The notes: generated by a model not told the origin, from the sequence alone. A stretch of 64,000 nucleotides of DNA from a bacterium (GCA_965233585.1 CBDDTI010000745.1:544001-608000); one strand, 5' to 3'. Positions 39,931 through 52,110 are shown, numbered from the stretch's first letter. Translations and numbers: made by a program.

Positions 39931-40955
39931 CTCTCTACAAGCCCCAGCAGAAAGAAATGCGTTATTGCAACAGTTCTCCAGCCACTCTTTGGTCGTCTTT
40001 CGACCTGCTCAACATCTTCTTTGTACCAGATGAAAGAAAAAAGATTTGTGACAATTGATGGCAGCAGCACTAACATGACTGTGAAACTCGCCCACCAGTT
40101 GCTGCCTGCAATGTAATGGTCCGCTGCAACCTTCAGGTCAGTGCCAATGTCGGCGAAAAAAGCAATGATCGCCACAACAGCGAAAAGTACGTCGAACCAT
40201 GTTGCGTTACCTCGCTTTCTCCACAGTTGGGAGAAATCCTTGTCCATTTTACGTGGCCTCATTTTTAAATTACCCATTACTAAATACACGGCTTGTTTAA
40301 AGCGCTCTCGTGGTGGTAAATGTCTGAGCTTACTCGTATGGCCGGCTTTCTTTGTGCGTCCATTGCTTAAGAATTTGATTTCGTCTTCCGGTAACGCTTC
40401 TATCACCGTTTCATTAGTAGAAATTACAATTGGTCGCTCGCTTGAGAGATTTTGTTGAGTCACGGCGACACTGTATCCATAATAATGCTTATAATCGTGG
40501 CCACCAACGTTTAATGATGAATTTTTGCCGTTCAGATGTCCATAACCGTTGTTTACAGGTTGAGCGTTTAATTCCTCGTCGTCTAATTCGAGACAGACTT
40601 GTTCCACAGCTTCAACTTCTTCCTTCTTGACGCGAACATAAAACCGTGTTGGATTAACGTAAGTTGTGCTTCCACGGCTTGACGAGAGAAAGCTTTCCAC
40701 TGACCAGTTTCGATCTATTCTTCTGCCATCGACGTCATCTCTAATCAAGTCGGAATCCGCTGAAGAGGTTGTTAGGGTTTGTACAACTTTACGAAGTAGA
40801 AGAACCTCTTCTTCAGTCAACTCTGCCACATGGTCTGTTGTAGAACTGCTTGTGGAAGGAGTAGAAAGTTGTCTTCTTAGAGCTCGTACAGCCTGTTTCT
40901 GTTTATCATCTAAATTTATTCTAGATCGCTTTAGTTTTGGGATTTGTTCATCCAT
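39931..40955 (-). CDS. XK-related protein, exon 1
   Basis: Long N-terminal extension, then FFADIGTDLKVA..HY..G..WW...T..LVLLPSIV.N.FS..WY, typical of Xkr TM1-2. Confidence 0.88.
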
Positions 40956-41880
40956 TTATGAACATCGATTGCCCACTATTATTTCTCGAACAAATTGCTT
41001 CGCTGGTAATAAGGAATAGCGAGTCACTCGTGCACCGGAGGAAGTAATTTATGCGTGCACGCATGGCAACCATCTGAACATCAGTACAAACAGGAAATGG
41101 CAATTTCGTTTTCATTATATAAACTTTCAAGAATTGAACTAAATTCTTTCCCTTTCAATATTGAGCCCCTTGTTTGTGCTTTACGTAAACAGTCTTGGAG
41201 GCCAGTAGTATGAGCTGACTAACTCTAGAATTGTGTTTATTAACCTCGGGAAATGAGATAAAATAAAATGGAATGAAAAAACTAAAACCTTAAAATAAAT
41301 AAATAAATAAATAAAACCTTACCATAATGATAACGCGTGTGAATTAATTTTAATGCTGTGTACTAACGTTATTATAGCTGAGCTGTATTGAACATGACTA
41401 TAATTGCACATGACACAATTATTACCGTCCACGCGTGACGAAAATGTGCTTTTCACCGGAGGAAAGTAAAAACGCTAGTTTTGAAAAAGTGCGAGGGAAA
41501 AAAATTAAAACGAAACTTTTCGAAAACGATGATGTCACGGTAATTATATGATTTCCCAACGACGTGCATCTCCAACCTTTTAAAATGGGAGTCCCACCGG
41601 ATCGTAAGGCTCCAAGTAGGCCAAGTAGTTCTGCGGAAACATCTAGAAATCAGTCTTTACAAGGTCTCGCTGGGAACTTACTAGAGCCTTATTGATTACT
41701 ATAGATTACATGCAATGTTTAAGTGGCAGTCAATCTGGCGTAGTAGGTTAACGTTATTCCTGGCAAATTCTTGCATCCAGTTTGCTCTTCTTCTGGAGCT
41801 ATAGTCGGGGACGGAGACCGTAAGCGCGCGCCAGCTGTCCCCATGAAATGGGACAAATTTGCTATTTTTAAAACAATTAC

Positions 41881-42447
41881 AGCGTGTACACGTGACGTCA
41901 TCAAATTCTCAAATCCAAAACTAAAGAGCCACTAAAGGTTTTATCCTCATCAGACATAAGAGGTACCAAATTTATTCCTGTTTACAACTTTCCAGCTCAA
42001 TAGCATCCTTCGTTTGGAAATCAGCACATTTTGAATTTCGAAGTTATGGCGGTGCTTGACATAACACGAAGATCGCTTTTGTCGAAAAATATACAATTAT
42101 CTCCTGATTTTTGGCCATTTTAAGAGTTTAAGTATCAGGAAAAGTGCTTTTGTGAATATTTTTTGGTTCGGTTTAGATGATCAGTCGACTAGATGGCCAA
42201 AGTATGTTTGCACTATTTACTGGCCGCCATGTTGAAGGAGTGAAGAGGGTTCCAACATGGCGGCTCCATACTAGACTCTGTAATTTTGTGCTGAACATTT
42301 CGACGAATATCTCAGCTTTGGGACAAAGTACAACCTTAAACTTTGGAACTGTCTTCTTTATTTATCGTCTACAATATCACAATTTTTTGACTTTATCCGT
42401 TGCATAGTTTTTGATTTTATTTTTTGTTGCGTGACAGTGAACACACT
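41881..42447. mobile_element. Non-autonomous DNA transposon-like repeat
   Basis: Imperfect TIRs AGCGTGTACACGTGACG / CGTGACAGTGAACACACT; internal palindrome GCCGCCATGTTG...CAACATGGCGGC (~42223-42264). Confidence 0.5.
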
Positions 42448-43859
42448 ATTGCGCCATCGCCTGCGTACATTTTTGCTGCGAGGATTTTTGCGGATGTCGC
42501 GCAGGGGAAATGGCGTCCAGAATTCCCGAAATGGCCCACAACTCAACACGTTTATCTCTGTTGGAATTTTGCTTAAGAATTTTCGTCGTAAGTTGCTCTA
42601 GTTTGAGTGAAGTAAGACAGTGTCGAATTTAGGTATGTCCCGCTTTCATCAATCACCAAGTAGTGTTCCGCTGTTTCTTTTCACAAAAAACTCACAATTC
42701 TCGACTCTAAAACTTCATGTTACAATGTAGAAGATTTTAAAACAGCTTTTCCATAACACAGAAAAACCTAGTAGGATATATTTCGATATAGTAGCGTTTG
42801 AGGACTTCAAAGTTTTTCTCCTCAAGCCACACTCTTGCGAGGAATTCGCCAGAGTCTTCGCGACCGAAAAGTAGGAAAAAATAATCCGGCAAGTTTGAGT
42901 TTCGCCTAAAGTAAGCAACGCTTGACGTTTCATCAAAGCCTAATAAGTGGCAATAGGTTTGTCTGTAGATGCTACTTAGTTTTGCTTGTGTAAAAATCCA
43001 GTTGTCTGCTGTCGATGAACAAGCGCGCCCGCCGATGCGTCTTTTGTGCAGTCAGTAAAACATGACAACTTTGGTGTGAAAACGTACATCGAACTCATTA
43101 TTTCTCTAGTTTTTGAATATGTTCAAGGTTAATATTAAAACATATTAAAAGCTTAACTGCAAATATGTGAATACAGCAGAAATAATCAGCAAAGTTACGA
43201 TGACGCTTTCTTTAATCAACTCGAATAAAGGTTTCGATTTTGTTGGTTGAGCTATCTTATTTCCGCAGTGCAAAGTTTCACTGTGTGAAAGAAACACATG
43301 ACTGATTAGTAGCCTTTTGGCGTGGGTGAAAATTGTTGTAGCATCATATCTCAACACAAAGGACAACGAAATAAATATTTGACAAGACATTGAAAACACC
43401 GACTCGGACTTGAAAGTGCACGCCCTGCACTATGCAAATGAACTACTTGTACACGCCAGACTTGCGTTCAAAAACTTTTGCAAACTCGCTAAACAAGCAA
43501 AAATAATAAGAAACTATAAAAAACAGGTTTTGATTATGATTAAGCATTGTTTGGGAAACTCACAAATTAACTCTATACCAGAGTAAAGAACTTTTCTCTA
43601 CATAACAAACTCAAAAGTTTCTCATACAACTAACGCGAGCAGGTATTTGAGAGGTTATTAAACCATGACGTTTACGGCAAACGGCAAAAATGAAACTTCT
43701 ACCGTCTGTCTTCGACTCTCTGTATCGTGAGTAGAATCAAAATGTTTGTAATTGCTGTGAATCGTAAGAGACACTTTTCTATTTTCATGTGATTTATCTA
43801 AGGATCACAAGAAAAGACTAGAAAATCAGAGGTAATGTTTGTTAAACTCTCTAATATTC

Positions 43860-44083
43860 GGGTGGACAAAATTAATTTCACCCTACTATACTTGGGCCAA
43901 GTATAACGTCCACATTTTAAAGGCTAACCCGCATACAACCGCTCTCATGTGGCTTTGATAGCTCAGTTGGGAGAGCACTGCACTGGCATCGCAGAGGTCG
44001 TGGGTTCGAATCCCGCTCAGAGCCTGATTTTTTTTCAGGTCTCTGTTCAAGTAGTGTTACGGCCGCACTTGCATTAATGACCG
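43860..44083 (+). mobile_element. tRNA-derived insertion (SINE-like) with 12-bp target-site duplication
   Basis: TCTCTAATATTC at 43848-43859 and 44084-44095 flanks a segment containing a tRNA cloverleaf and a T-run. Confidence 0.7.
43952..44024 (+). tRNA. tRNA-like cloverleaf, anticodon GGC (Ala); probably a pseudo-tRNA
   Basis: A-box TAGCTCAGTTGG, B-box GGTTCGAATCC, paired acceptor/D/T stems, A-C mismatch in the anticodon stem. Confidence 0.55.
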
Positions 44084-44665
44084 TCTCTAATATTCATTGA
44101 CAGCACGAAATTAAGAAATTTTTGACCCTGAAAAACTCACCTTTTCCATTAGCTCAGAGCATAAAAGTACTCTGGCTTTTTTCCTGCCTTATTCCCTGCC
44201 TTATATATTCCCTGCCATCGCTGTGAAAAATCCCCAAGAGAATCTCGCAGCTCTCACCATTTGATCATGCAACGTGACAATATCCACGCGAGAACCCACG
44301 AATAAATGAAGTCAGGCTAAAAAAAATAGAAAAATTGTCCCATATCATGGAAGCGCACGCGGGTCCCAAGATTTCGTCCTCGTTTATGGCTCCTGGTGAA
44401 AACTCAGTATTGATGTGGATTGTACTCCCTACAACTTTTTTTTAGTTGACTCAGCAACTTAATAAACTCAGTTCAAAGTTGTTGTTATTAATTCTTGCTC
44501 AGCGAAGCCCACTGGTTCGTGTCTTGAGTCTTGGACTCTTGGTTACTTACTGCGCGTGCTGGCTCGACGAAACGAGCCTCTTTGCCCTCATTTTCGACCC
44601 TAGACCCTTCGCTTCCTCGCTTTCTAGACTCTTCGAACAAATACTCTGGGTACGAGGGTGACTGA

Positions 44666-44865
44666 CATCGTCCCCAGAGGCTGCCGGACCCCTGGGAAGG
44701 TCCAACATCGGAAGTTCGCGATTCAAGGACTTCCCTTCACTCTGCGCATGCCAAGAGTCAAGTCTGAGAAATCTGATTGGATTGGCTGAGAGTATGAAAC
44801 AATTACCTTCCCAGAAGTTTCGATTTTTAGTGCTGACCAAAAGGAACGCGGCCTCCGGGGAATGA
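44666..44865. mobile_element. MITE (family with TCGTCCCCAGAGG ends), inverted relative to the 48640 copy
   Basis: Shares GGAAGGTCCAACATCGGAAGTTCGCGATTCA with the reverse complement of ~48783-48815. Confidence 0.65.
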
Positions 44866-45499
44866 GCAAAACGAAGCAACATACTAATCTGGGCAAGCGT
44901 GCCAGTTGTAGTTGACAAATCTGTCTCGTTTTCAAGTCTCGCCACACATGACAACGAAATTCTACAAGGTTTGCACGTTATAGCTGTGATGTTGTCAATT
45001 TCTTTTGAAATACTATTTCGACGAAAGGCAAATACAAACTTCTAAAGACTACATGATTCTGCATTCAAGAACGGGCAGGAAGCTTGTACTCTAATTGTTA
45101 TTTTTAATATATTTTTTTTGAACTTATTTTAAGCAAGAGGTAGTACAAATAAAGATTGAATGAGTGCTGAGTTTGAGGGTCAAAATCCTCGACTAATTCT
45201 CGAATGATGAAAACACTTGCACATTTTTTTCAACGTTTTTTTCTGCGTTCTTTCCCTCGCACCCGACTCGCGCTTCGCGCTTGCCTCCCTGTTCACCGAG
45301 GCGGTCGCCTTGTTCCTGGGTAGGTTATCAATCGGCATGCTTGACCTTGAGCTCTCCTATATAGTTAAGCGTGAAGCTCAAACCAAACCTTGACAATTGA
45401 GTTCAAAAGTTGTACGTTGTTTCGGGTGCATGCTCGTGAAGGTCGAGACTCAGAACAAAGACTAATCGTTGAAGCGAAGAATTTAGTGTTGAGGAGAAG

Positions 45500-47000
45500 G
45501 TTTGATTGGAAAGAGACTGTTCAAACAAAGGCTTGAACGTTGAAGCAGAGACTTACATGTTGAATAGTTGATTGTTGAAAAGAATACTTCAATCTTGAAT
45601 CTTTGTTAGCATCTTTGAATTTGGATTGATTACAACAGGGTATGATTTTGAATGTAAAGAAAGGGTTTTGTTCTTAAAAGCCCCAATTTAATCGTAAACA
45701 TAACGTTGAAAACAAAACTTTGTTTTTGGCGGGGATTTAACGCCATAAGTTACCGCGCCAAGTTTATCAACGTGCAGCGAAATAATTTGCATTTTCAGAA
45801 CTATTGTCGGCTATAATTAACCGACAGATTTAATTTTGCTTTAGGAATACACAATTCTCTTCAGAGATTTCAGCTGCTGTCAATCAAATGGTTGGATGCG
45901 TGAACTGAAATCCCGAGACGCGATTAAGTTAATTAACAACTCTTACGACGTCTTTCAATAAGAAACGGACCCTGAAATTCAAAGGTCAACCGACAAATGC
46001 GTTTTTCGCTACCTTCAAACAAATGTTTGGCGGTAGCGAAAAACGCATTTGTCGGTTGACCTTTGAATTTCAGAGTCCACGTACCCTGTTCTTGAAAAGC
46101 GCAGTAAGAGTGCTATTGTTAATTAACTTAATCGCGTCTCGGGTTTGGCGGCTCCTCCCATCTTCCGAGCGCGCGGTAATCAAATCGTTGTGCACCGGTT
46201 CAGACAACGAAACAGTGCTAGGCGGTAATCGTAAGCTGGAAGGACCCGACGAACATTTGATTGAGGGTGCCAGCGGAAAACGCATTTGTCGGTCGACCTT
46301 CGAAGTCCGAATATTATTGAAAAGCGCAGTAATCAAGTGCGGGCCGCGACCTCTACAAAGCACTTTGCCGACAGCTTTGTGCGCAGCGGTGTCAAATGTT
46401 ATCTGAAGTTTATACACGGAATGAGGGTTCAAAAAGCGTTGCTTTTAATTAATAACAAACACGATGCCTGGGTCAGTTGCTCGTAACCCACATTCACTAT
46501 CTTATTTTCCTTATACTTCTAGTTGACGGATGGGTTTCCAATAGTTTTAAGTAATTTTCTGCGCTATTCAATAACATGTGAACTTAAGCCCCCAACATAC
46601 GATTGCGTTTCACGCTGCCGTCAATCATAATTACAACAAGAACTAAACTAACGGACTCCTGAAAATTCCTTGTTTTCCAAGAGGTCCGCTAAATTGTCGA
46701 CGGCAGGGAAAAACACAATTCGCTGGTATTTTGTGTGCGCCATAGCCATTTGTGAATTTCACTGCGCGTGGAAAGTGTGGTTGTGTTAAAAGTGTTGAGA
46801 CTCAAAGTTGTCTCATCTGTAAACGGTCTAGTAAACGTGAATTTCGCGGTAAATGTCAAATCCATGCCAGAACAATGATTCGTGAGTTAATTGTAAGCCC
46901 TATTGTTAATGGAGGCGGAGTTTAAAGTTCTCTGTAAGGTCTCTCGGGGTTTCGGTGCTGGAATACATTTTGGAGCACCATTCAGTGTTTGGGGAACAGC
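45500..47000 (+). mobile_element. Highly decayed L1/Tx1-like LINE fragments
   Basis: Scattered, frameshifted APE/RT-like motifs in the expected order: APN (~45680), GGD(F)N (~45728), LDA(W) (~45892), VL(G)..HFG (~46955). Confidence 0.35.
45912..46143. repeat. Long inverted repeat (~230-bp hairpin)
   Basis: Perfect 42-bp arms 45972-46013 / 46032-46073; perfect 28-bp outer arms 45912-45939 / 46116-46143. Confidence 0.9.
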
Positions 47001-47364
47001 TTCTACAAACCATTGTTTTGATACTACTCCCATACATCGTATCAATTCCAAACTTGGCACATCCCTAGCTTAGATTTAAGGCTTAAATCTCCTCGGTAAA
47101 CCTAAGTTGCGGAGTCCTTCATTGACGAGAAAAACCATGGTGAATTTTAATGAGGTACTTTTCCCATACAAAATTAGTGAAATAAGCGAATTTTAGAAGC
47201 CGATTTTATACTAGTTTTCGATGACCAAATGATGTTAAAAGGGTCTTCAAAGATTAATAGATACCTCTGCTCAAAAAGCCGGAGTAAATCTAACCGCAAC
47301 AATGGCTTGGTTTTTTGTAACAGAGTGAAATGTATAGTATGTTTCACTATTTTCTTTGTACTAC

Positions 47365-47829
47365 TCTTCCCAGTAGACCGCGACACCCACGAATTGTTTT
47401 GCCCTCTTCTGAATAATGTTTATGATGCCGCGAATTTGTTTCAAAACAATCACACGGTACATTAAAATGCACCACGCGAGGACCTTTTTTCCTGTGTGGC
47501 GTCATGTTTTTCGTATAACATGATGTCTATTTACAAGGTGTTTATCAGTCTTCAGAGGAAGGCTTACCGCGCTTTTTATTGTGTCAAATTCGTCTAAAAA
47601 ACCGCTCCGAATTTTTCCTGTTCAACACCGATAAACAGCGGTCATAATGACAGTTCTATGGCAGACAAAAAGCACGGTAAGCTTTCCTTTTGAAGATAAA
47701 CACGTTTTAAATGAACATTGCGTAATACAAAAAAAGTCATTACGCCACACAGAAAAAATGTCACGACAGCAAAAAGGTCACTCTGAAGACAGCAAAAAAT
47801 TTCTTTAGTGTAGCGGTCTACTGGGAAGA
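47365..47829. mobile_element. MITE with 22-bp TIRs
   Basis: TCTTCCCAGTAGACCGCGACAC / GTGTAGCGGTCTACTGGGAAGA (21/22 match), plus internal IR TGTGTGGCGT / ACGCCACACA. Confidence 0.8.
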
Positions 47830-48639
47830 ATGTTGGTACGTTTGTCAGGTGGCCGCTTTCTAAATTTCGCGCTCTGAGCGGGGTCCCGGATGCGTCGCGT
47901 AGTTCTGGGCGATGAGCGTAGGCAACATGTTGCGCTGAGCCATCCTTCTCGACGTTGCACAGAATGGCTTCGAGACCATAAGAGCTCGCATCAACAGTCA
48001 GGACTGTCTTTTCTGCGGGTCATCATGAATATGCCAATAATGGCTTCACACCCTTCTTGGGGTTGCGTAACGGGGCTGTAAGAATGGCGAGATTGTGAAT
48101 GAAAGGAGCACAGTAGTTGGAAAGACCAAGTAAACTTCCGACTTGTGTTAAATCTTGATGAACTGTCTGAACTGTTGTGTCTTGAATAGCGGCTACCTTC
48201 TTTCTGTCAGCTTGTAAGCCTTGGCTGGTCAGTGAATATCAGTAGAACCAAAGCGAGTGCTGCCTGTACCGGCACTTAGCGGGGTTAGCAGTGAGCCCCT
48301 TAGAACTAACACGAGCAAAAGGGCATAAAGACGGTCGTCATGTTCGTTATTGTTTGCAGCGAAATAGATCACGATGAGTGATAAATGTGGTGATTGATCG
48401 AGATTCTTTGTCTAAGTCGTTCTGATGACAGCCAGCTGTGAAGTCAACTCTGAACTTCATCAACTGCTGTTTGCGAAAAATGAAAAGGTGTTCTCCTGTA
48501 TGTCTGGGAGACTGGGGGAATGGAAGTATCAGCTTTTGTTCGTGATCACGTAATTGCCCCGTATTCCTTCAAACACTTCCGGATATTTTTCTCTTAACAC
48601 TGTTTCGATTGCATGGCTTTGTGGTTGCGAGTCAAGGTA

Positions 48640-48877
48640 ATTTCTTGTCCCCAAAGGCCGCGCTCCTTTTGGCCAGCACCAAGTATCGCGACCTCAGGGA
48701 AGGTCCAATTTTCTGAACATGCGCAGAATAATCGTTTCGTATTCGTATTGACTCTGGGCATGGGCAGAGTGACGGGAAAGTCCATGAATCGCGGACTTCC
48801 AGTGTTGAACTTTCCAAGAGGTGGCAACTCTTGGTGCTGACAAAACTGAAGAAGCGTGGCCTCTGGGGACGAGAATG
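48640..48877. mobile_element. MITE nested in Gypsy pol
   Basis: TCTTGTCCCCAAAGGCCGCG / CGTGGCCTCTGGGGACGAGAATG TIRs; degenerate 9-bp flanks GTCAAGGTA / GTCAGGGAC. Confidence 0.7.
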
Positions 48878-49614
48878 GTCAGGGACTCAAGGTCACGTTT
48901 TATCATTACTGCTGAATTCGGGGAATTGTTGGGATTGTCAGAAATGAAATTAAACTGTAGTTGCAATATGCTCAGTTCGATGGAGGTTTATAGCTGCCGC
49001 TTGAAATTTCCCTCGCAAACGCAGCGGTATCTGAGCACTAAAGGCATGTATGCGAGTCTTCGTCGGCGCCAAGGGAATCTCTTTCTGTTGCAGAATGGCT
49101 TCTTTCGCTGACGGGTCTCAGTAACAGCATGTTTACCGATGTCGAGAATCAACGAAAATGCGTACCGGAACACCCTCTATTGCGATCTTGGCCACGGGCT
49201 GTTTTCTGGGTGATATGTTGCTGTCGAATTCCTGATCATCGCTGTCACTAAACGAGACATTTGTTTCATGAGCACTGGAATCTGGAGCATCCACTGTGTT
49301 ACAGAATTCTGAGGCTTGTAGCGAGGACCATCAGAGCTTGTAGTTAACCGTGGCGTGCGATACTTCAGAAGATTTCGTGATGCGCCAAATTTTATTTTGC
49401 AGACGTGTGTGAAATGTCCCATTTTTTTTCACAATGACCACATGTTTTTCCTTGAGGCAGGACAGGACGCTCTTCCTTGTGGGTGCGGAAAATTGCCTCC
49501 ACAACTGAAAAAGAAAGACAACTTTTCGGTAAATCCATGTTGTTAATTTGGATGCTAGATTATTGATGGCTTTCTGATTTCGCAATTTGCCGATCGGATG
49601 TTTCCATAGTGAGA

Positions 49615-49828
49615 TAGCCTGTTCCAGGCTCTCGGTGGGTGGGGACGATCGGAAAGGCGGGAGCGGGAAGAGCGGGTTCTGGTAAAGAAAAATGAGAGGG
49701 CTAGGGAAGGAGCCTCGATCTACCTCCCCTTTTTCTCCACCAGACCCTGCTCGTCACTCGTCGCTCGTGGCTCGTCTCCCACCCGCATTTTTGATGGTCC
49801 CCTTTGGCCGAGAGCCTGGAACAGACTA
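49615..49828. mobile_element. MITE nested in Gypsy gag
   Basis: TAGCCTGTTCCAGGCTCTCGG / CCGAGAGCCTGGAACAGACTA. Confidence 0.8.
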
Positions 49829-49833
49829 ATTGT

Positions 49834-49899
49834 CAACCTCGTTCCCAGGGCCTTTTCCCTGGCCCCAAAGCTAGGGAAAAGGCCCTGGGCACGAGGTTG
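49834..49899. mobile_element. 66-bp MITE with perfect 9-bp TSD
   Basis: CAACCTCGTTCCCAGGGCCTTTTCCCT...AGGGAAAAGGCCCTGGGCACGAGGTTG; ACTAATTGT at 49825-49833 and 49900-49908. Confidence 0.9.
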
Positions 49900-50228
49900 A
49901 CTAATTGTGCGACCATACTTCAATAATCTTCAAGAGAGATGTTCTCTCGGAGCGCTTTTGCGTTGAGCCCTAGCAGCTAGATTTTGATTTCCTTGTTGAT
50001 GTCACTGAATTCGCAATTCGTTGCAAGTTAGTGTAGACGGGTGTGAAATCGATCCGACGTCTTGCCCTCTCGCTGTTGCATGTGCCTGCCGTAAAACATG
50101 TGTTTCGTACATGATGTTCTTTTTGGGTGAAAAATACTCAGTACGCTTTTCGACTACTAGGTCAAAGATCTTTACTTTCTCTTGTGCCATGGAGATTATC
50201 AAAACTGGTCTCGACCTCTGGGCCAGTC

Positions 50229-50593
50229 AGGTCGGCACTCACGAGGTTATTGGTCCCTGCGACTAGTACTTGCAACAAGTCGCAGGGACAAGTCCCATCA
50301 TGTGAACTAGCAGGAGTCCTGGAACTAGCCATTTTTGCCACAAAATCCAGTCACAATTTGGTTCCTGCGACTAGTCCCACGAATTCAAACTGTGTGAATT
50401 TTGGAAATAAGTTCCTGTAGACAAGTTCTTCAAGTTCTTCTTGTCCCTGGGGACGAGTTCTTCAAAACGCTTGGTGTGAACTGTTTGTGGGACAAGTCCC
50501 CAGCTGCGACCAGCCCCTTCGTGCAAACTCTTCATGGGACTAATTGCAAGGACTAGTCACACGGAGTAGTTTCCTCGTGTGTGCCGACCTTAA
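50229..50593. mobile_element. MITE nested in Gypsy gag (TTAA at the right end)
   Basis: AGGTCGGCACTCACGAGG / CCTCGTGTGTGCCGACCT; internal GGGACAAGTCCC and GACTAGTC repeats. Confidence 0.75.
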
Positions 50594-50940
50594 GAGAAGC
50601 ACTCGCCTGCGGGTAGGGTCTTTGATGTCCGTTGCAACGATAAATCGTTGAAATCGCTTGATCCACATTCCATCGCTGACTTAATGAAGAAGCGTCTGCG
50701 TGAGGGTCAAGACGACTGATTCCCGATTGAGAAATCAAGACCTGTGGCCATCCTGGCCGCCAATATAATGAACCGAAACTGTAGTATTGTAATTGATTTT
50801 TTAATTTTAACCTACCTTTTTACATTGCTTGATTCCTTCTGCTTAACTGCTCCCTATATATATTTAATTTACCACTTATCCTTTTACGGAATAATGACAA
50901 CCATTGCAATCACTGTAGGCGTTCACATATCTTCGCTACA

Positions 50941-50983
50941 CAGTACTGATGAGTCCCGAGAAGGACGAAACAGCTGCCCACTG
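50941..50983 (+). ncRNA. Minimal type I hammerhead ribozyme motif (cleavage triplet GCC, possibly inactive)
   Basis: CAGT-A-CTGATGA-GTCC-CGAGAA-GGAC-GAAA-CAGCTG-CC-C-ACTG: core boxes, stem II, palindromic stem III, stem I CAGT/ACTG. Confidence 0.75.
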
Positions 50984-51989
50984 ACTGTTGTGATCCTCCT
51001 TTTTCGGTTCTCGTTATGTTGGTGTCTCAAAACGTCTTTCACGTAGCATCAGCCTTGCAGCCATTGTTTGTCTTTCATTATCATAGTCACTTGGAAACTT
51101 TACAAACTTGATTGGAATGGCCACATCGAAAAAGTAACAAAGAAAGTCCCTTTTGGCATTGGGGCCATAAAACGAACAGAGCACCTTGTCCTGCAAGCAA
51201 CCTTACATCTAATCAAGCTGTGATACGACGTCTCTGCGCGGGATGGCTTCAGGATGTCTAAGTTATAAATTCGAAAGGCGAAGAAACCGCATATAACCCC
51301 GGGATATAACCCAAGAGACTCTGAGAATAAAGTAAATGCTTCATTAACAACTTAAGCTATAGTGGCGCCATTCTTTGGAACAGTCCTCCTTAAGGGAAAT
51401 AGAGTCCCTGAGGCAGTTTAAACGCCTACTCAAAGGAAAGCAGCTTTTTGATTAAATTACTCCCATTATATTAGACATTAGGAATTAAGTATATTATAGA
51501 AATAATAATCTCTTGGGAGAAAAAGTAAAGAAGCAAAACTGATTATCGTTCCCTTGGGCCCACTACTTCTTAATTAGAAAGCAAGCACGATTGCATTGGG
51601 CCCCTGAACTGTCAGGTGTTCAACTTCTGAAAAAAAGAGGATTATTTCAATGAAAGACTGCTTTGTGTTGCTAGGACATCTAACTCCCACAGCAGGCTCA
51701 AGTGAGTCAGTTGAGTACCGAAGTTGTGCCGAAGTTCTGACTTCAATTAGAACTAAGTAAGTTTAGCCAATCGTTCTTTGCTGTTGGTGACGCGAAATTC
51801 CCAAAGCCAAGGGGTTTACAAGGCAATCTTTTAGGAAATGGAATGGCCATGGGAGATTGAACAGAATGAAAGCTGTAGAAAATGTCATGATATATTCAGT
51901 TAGCAGAAATATGCTTGCACAATGTTTGATCGACTTAATCCAAACTAGCCAATCTCACCCCGAAAAAATATCATCACGTAATTAATCTG

Positions 51990-52110
51990 TTTTCGACATC
52001 AAAATTCAGCTTGACAGTGACTCCTAGAGGACACAAACAAAGGAAACTGAACGATGTTTGTGTCCTCTAGGCCTCACTATCAAGACCTATCAAGCTGTGT
52101 TTAATGTCGA
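51990..52110. repeat. Palindromic MITE-like element
   Basis: CCTAGAGGACACAAACA / TGTTTGTGTCCTCTAGG inner arms; TTTCGACAT / ATGTCGAAA outer arms. Confidence 0.65.

Larger units (their letters stand above)
47900..50762 (-). mobile_element. Decayed Ty3/Gypsy LTR retrotransposon (PBS-gag-CCHC-PR-RT-RNaseH remnants)
   Basis: PBS-like TGGCGGCCAGGATGG (50762-50748); gag DPHADASSLSQRW and YFSPKKNIMYETHV; CCHC-like CGG.FPH...CPA / GHFTHVCK; protease-like VRIFVDS; RT EHDDRL, GLTANPAKC, LLGLSNYCAPFI; RNase H VDASSYGL. Many stops and frameshifts. Confidence 0.8.

Noticed and set aside
48422..48445. Second hammerhead-like CTGATGA-CAGC/GCTG
   Set aside because: No GAAA core or stem III follows.
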